Under the pieces are notes generated by a model, which was not told the DNA's origin, did no database searches, and saw only the letters and a program-made list of their open reading frames with translations. Made by a program: the position numbers and the translations under genes. This document shows, piece by piece, positions 61,221 through 64,000 of a DNA stretch of 64,000 bases (positions within the stretch are counted from its first letter, which is position 1; each line of letters begins with the position of its first letter). This DNA comes from an uncultured Gammaproteobacteria bacterium (GTDB lineage: Bacteria > Patescibacteriota > Patescibacteriia > UBA11705). The DNA is taken from positions 77,240-141,239 of the forward strand of contig CAZQEI010000002.1 in assembly GCA_964592195.1 (NCBI GenBank), in the 5' to 3' direction.

Positions 61221-62285
61221 CTACTTCGGGACACAGGTGTCGGTAGCGTCGTCGTACTTGCCGTTCGGGCAGGGCGGTTCTTCATGAGAGCACAGCTCGT
61301 AGACCGCGATGCCCTGGTCCTCTTCGACCTGGCAGAGGAACTCGCGGATACAGCTGGTCGAAAACCGAGCAACACGACACATCGCGAGTCCACCATCTTC
61401 CGTCAGATTGAAAGAGATACTACGGTACCCCTCCCAAACCGGGAAATCCCACCTAGTGACGAAATCCGTCTGGTTGTCGTAGGTCAGCTTCAGCTTCTTC
61501 CCTCCGAGGAACGCCCACACGGTGCGACCGTTCACGACCACGAACTTGTAGGCGCTGAGGCCGTTCATGTTCGGCCAAGCCTCATAGGACGGGCTGGCCG
61601 CGTTCGCGAACGCCGTGACCGTCGGGTGGGAGGTGTCGAGCCTCCTGAGGTTCTTGATGTACCGGAAGCCCTCGACGTCCTCGTCGCAGACCTTGTAGAT
61701 CTGGACGGAGTTGTCCCACATGCGGCTGACGGCGCACAAATCGGTGTTCATCGCGCCGAACGAACCGTGGAACCGGCCCTTGAAGTTCTTCTGGTACGAG
61801 AACTTCAGGTTGTGCTCATCGATTACCTCGGGGTTGGACTCCTTGAGGGAAGGATCAACGGAGTTGTAGGACGCGGTCCAGATGACCACGTCGGACAAGC
61901 CCTTGAACACCGGCAAGTAGGCCCTGCCGCCCTCTTGTTCATCATCGTAGAACCTGGCCTTGACCCCCTTGCTGGGGAGGTAGACCCAGAGCTCTTCGCC
62001 GTTCACGAGGACGAACTGGTAGTCGGCGATGTCGAGCGACTCGGTCCAGACCTTGTAGTAGACTTCCTTCGCGATCAGGAAGTCACCGACCTTGGGGTAC
62101 TTCTGGTACCGGCAGTCGTCGAGGCCGGGCCACGAGTCGGTGTCGCCGCAGAAGCCGTCATGGTCCGGATCGGACTGGCCTTCCTGGCAGATGCCGAGCA
62201 TGCACAGACCGGCGGTGGCGACGGACGGGAACGAGAGCGCCACGAGCGCGAGCACCAGAGCCGAGAACAGGGAGCGACGCAGCAT
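61221..62285 (-). CDS. GC-rich secreted protein with an internally duplicated unknown domain (SD-led)
   Basis: Signal peptide ending ATA; DPDHDG..GD.D Ca-binding-like motif; AAGGAGGT SD. Confidence 0.75.
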   Translation of the reverse strand: MLRRSLFSALVLALVALSFPSVATAGLCMLGICQEGQSDPDHDGFCGDTDSWPGLDDCRYQKYPKVGDFLIAKEVYYKVWTESLDIADYQFVLVNGEELWVYLPSKGVKARFYDDEQEGGRAYLPVFKGLSDVVIWTASYNSVDPSLKESNPEVIDEHNLKFSYQKNFKGRFHGSFGAMNTDLCAVSRMWDNSVQIYKVCDEDVEGFRYIKNLRRLDTSHPTVTAFANAASPSYEAWPNMNGLSAYKFVVVNGRTVWAFLGGKKLKLTYDNQTDFVTRWDFPVWEGYRSISFNLTEDGGLAMCRVARFSTSCIREFLCQVEEDQGIAVYELCSHEEPPCPNGKYDDATDTCVPK

Positions 62286-62361
62286 GGGGACCTCCTTGGC
62301 CACAAAGGCCGTGTGTGGGGACACCAGCAACCACTAAATTGATTACTGGAATAATTCACAC

Positions 62362-62829
62362 TTAGAATTCCTGACACACAAAGCAACCTCGATCCTCATT
62401 CTTTGTTTTATACATGCGACAACCAAGACGAGGTGTATTCAATAATCGATAGCTTTCATCCGCAATCTGCTGATGCCAGGGTTTACGAAAATGTTCATTC
62501 ACGTCGTAAACATATTGTTCTTGTTCTTTCGAACTGCAAACAACAGAAAACTGCTTACCAGATATATTTCTCCATTTGGTAAAAGCCCCATTTGCATGAC
62601 TGACTCCATATTCTTCAACTGCGGCATAAAAAATATTATAATCACGATCATCCTCAAGGGTGCCCCAACAATCAGCTACCAAGTCAGCCAGGGCTTCTGA
62701 CATAACATGATCACGCTGGATATCCAGAGCATCATATTCCGATGGGGAATTACAGGCCTGATTGCTATTTTCCAGTGGAGCAGAACAACCCAGAAGAAGA
62801 ACGAACAGCACCAACCATGACAATCGCAT
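62362..62829 (-). CDS. predicted lipoprotein (SD-led)
   Basis: MRLSWLVLFVLLLGC lipobox; TAAGGAGGT SD. Confidence 0.75.
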   Translation of the reverse strand: MRLSWLVLFVLLLGCSAPLENSNQACNSPSEYDALDIQRDHVMSEALADLVADCWGTLEDDRDYNIFYAAVEEYGVSHANGAFTKWRNISGKQFSVVCSSKEQEQYVYDVNEHFRKPWHQQIADESYRLLNTPRLGCRMYKTKNEDRGCFVCQEF

Positions 62830-63073
62830 GTTGACCTCCTTAGCCTGATGGCTAGAGTTGAGTAGGTTTAGGATCCTAGAGAACAAAAATGTCACTAAAA
62901 CACGTTAAATTTTCAAGTTACAAGACACATAATTATAGCACATACTTATAATAAAGTCAATCACTCCGTACTAAATTTTGCTTATTTTAAACAATAATTT
63001 AAAAAGTCCCCAGAGATACGGGGACTTCCTTTCAATGTAGTTTATCAATTACGAACAGGAGAGGGACGGCGAG

Positions 63074-63682
63074 CTACTTCGTCTCGGGGGGAGGAAGCGG
63101 CTCGTCGTAGCACTCGACCGGCAGGGACGCGTAGTACTCGAAGACCTTGAGATCCTCCTGGCAGACCTCGTAGATCTCGACACCTTCGCGACTGGCGACC
63201 GAACACATCTGGAGGTTGGTCTGCCCGATCTCCGATCGACCGCAGTTGTGGGTCTTGCGGTAGGTCATGAGGACCTTGCCAGGCTCGGGGTTGAACTCGA
63301 TGGTATTGACCCCGACGAAGACCGGGAGCACGAAGATCGTCTCGTCTGCCCGCCTCTGGTCGACCGGGATCACGAACGACATGAGGCCCACGTTGAACCA
63401 CATGCGCTCGCCGCCGTCGGTGACGACGAGGTTGAGCTCGCCGAGTCGCCGGTTGATCTCGTCGTTGCCCTTGGGCCACTCGCCCTTGGCGGAGATCTGG
63501 AACAGGCACACGATGTCACCGGCCTCACAAGCCGGGGGGAGAGAGATCTCTCCTTTCGGCCCGATGATGGCCAGCCCCCCACACTTGGCGGCGGGGGTGA
63601 AGGCCACCCACACCGTCACGAACAGTGCCGCGAGCATCGCACCCAGGGTCAGAGCCTTTTCCTTGCGCGAATAGATCTTCAT
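63074..63682 (-). CDS. GC-rich secreted/anchored protein, single copy of the 61221 domain (SD-led)
   Basis: AAGGAGG before MKIYS; hydrophobic N-terminus; LPVF.G and IYEVC.ED motifs. Confidence 0.75.
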   Translation of the reverse strand: MKIYSRKEKALTLGAMLAALFVTVWVAFTPAAKCGGLAIIGPKGEISLPPACEAGDIVCLFQISAKGEWPKGNDEINRRLGELNLVVTDGGERMWFNVGLMSFVIPVDQRRADETIFVLPVFVGVNTIEFNPEPGKVLMTYRKTHNCGRSEIGQTNLQMCSVASREGVEIYEVCQEDLKVFEYYASLPVECYDEPLPPPETK

Positions 63683-63834
63683 CCAATCCTCCTTCGTCCA
63701 GCGACCAAACGCCAGACATTGCGCACCATCTCGAACCAGAACCAGCACTGCCTGAGAACCAGAGCGCGATGCGATCCCAGCCGAAGCCGGGAGTTATGGA
63801 TTTATTGACGTAAAAGATCAATTACTAACCGTTC

Positions 63835-63863
63835 ATTATAGCATGTTTTATAATAAATGTCAA
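63835..63863 (-). promoter_or_regulatory. consensus sigma70 promoter related to the 72-bp block
   Basis: TTGACA-17 nt-TATAAT with TG extension. Confidence 0.75.
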
Positions 63864-64000
63864 TGGGTAAAAATGGCAAAATGGCTTATTTTAGATAAAA
63901 ACAAAATATTATACTCACTCAGAGATTGCCGCGCCCCGATGCGGGGCTCGCAAAATAGGTAGCATTTTTCAGCCGACTGCCAACCTTCGCTGAAGCTTCG

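Noticed and set aside
61284-62342. 352-aa plus-strand ORF, and the overlapping ORFs at 63045-63821
   Set aside because: Shadow ORFs of GC-rich genes. The minus-strand frames have the SD, signal peptide, promoter and terminator.
61221-63800. GC-rich segment as simple contamination
   Set aside because: It alternates with AT-rich modules identical to those next to lower-GC genes and is followed by a host-type repeat at 63922. Read-level confirmation is still advisable.
1-64000. Alternative genetic code (UGA recoded)
   Set aside because: All core genes translate full length in code 11 and TGA ends genes (for example 57920).

Overview
AT-rich window from a Patescibacteria (CPR; Parcubacteria/ABY1-like) chromosome read with genetic code 11. 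The taxonomy is inferred from the absence of rpmD between rpsE and rplO, extended r-proteins and SD-less AT-rich leaders. The core part holds the minus-strand rpsL-rpsG-fusA-tuf-S10-spc-secY-adk-map cluster, valS (with an inserted histidine-phosphatase domain), argS, recO, ruvX, uvrB, rpmB and four intact tRNAs (Leu-GAG, Ile-UAU, Val-GAC, Val-CAC). Three unusual signals stand out. (1) Genes fall into two classes: the core genes I checked (except tuf) and many ORFans have no Shine-Dalgarno sequence, while 18 accessory genes carry GGAG(G)-type SDs behind C/A-rich leaders, mostly in stand-alone promoter-to-terminator units. (2) At 60-64 kb, secreted Cys-rich genes, two of them far more GC-rich than the host, are separated by re-used promoter/terminator modules. 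(3) Three tRNA loci carry an adjacent defective tRNA copy whose loops are interrupted by 22-48 nt 'hairpin + inverted hairpin' micro-insertions; the same insertions recur elsewhere and even supply the uvrB stop codon. I found no CRISPR array, transposase, integrase or reverse transcriptase in the window. All protein calls come from motif recognition by eye, without database searches.
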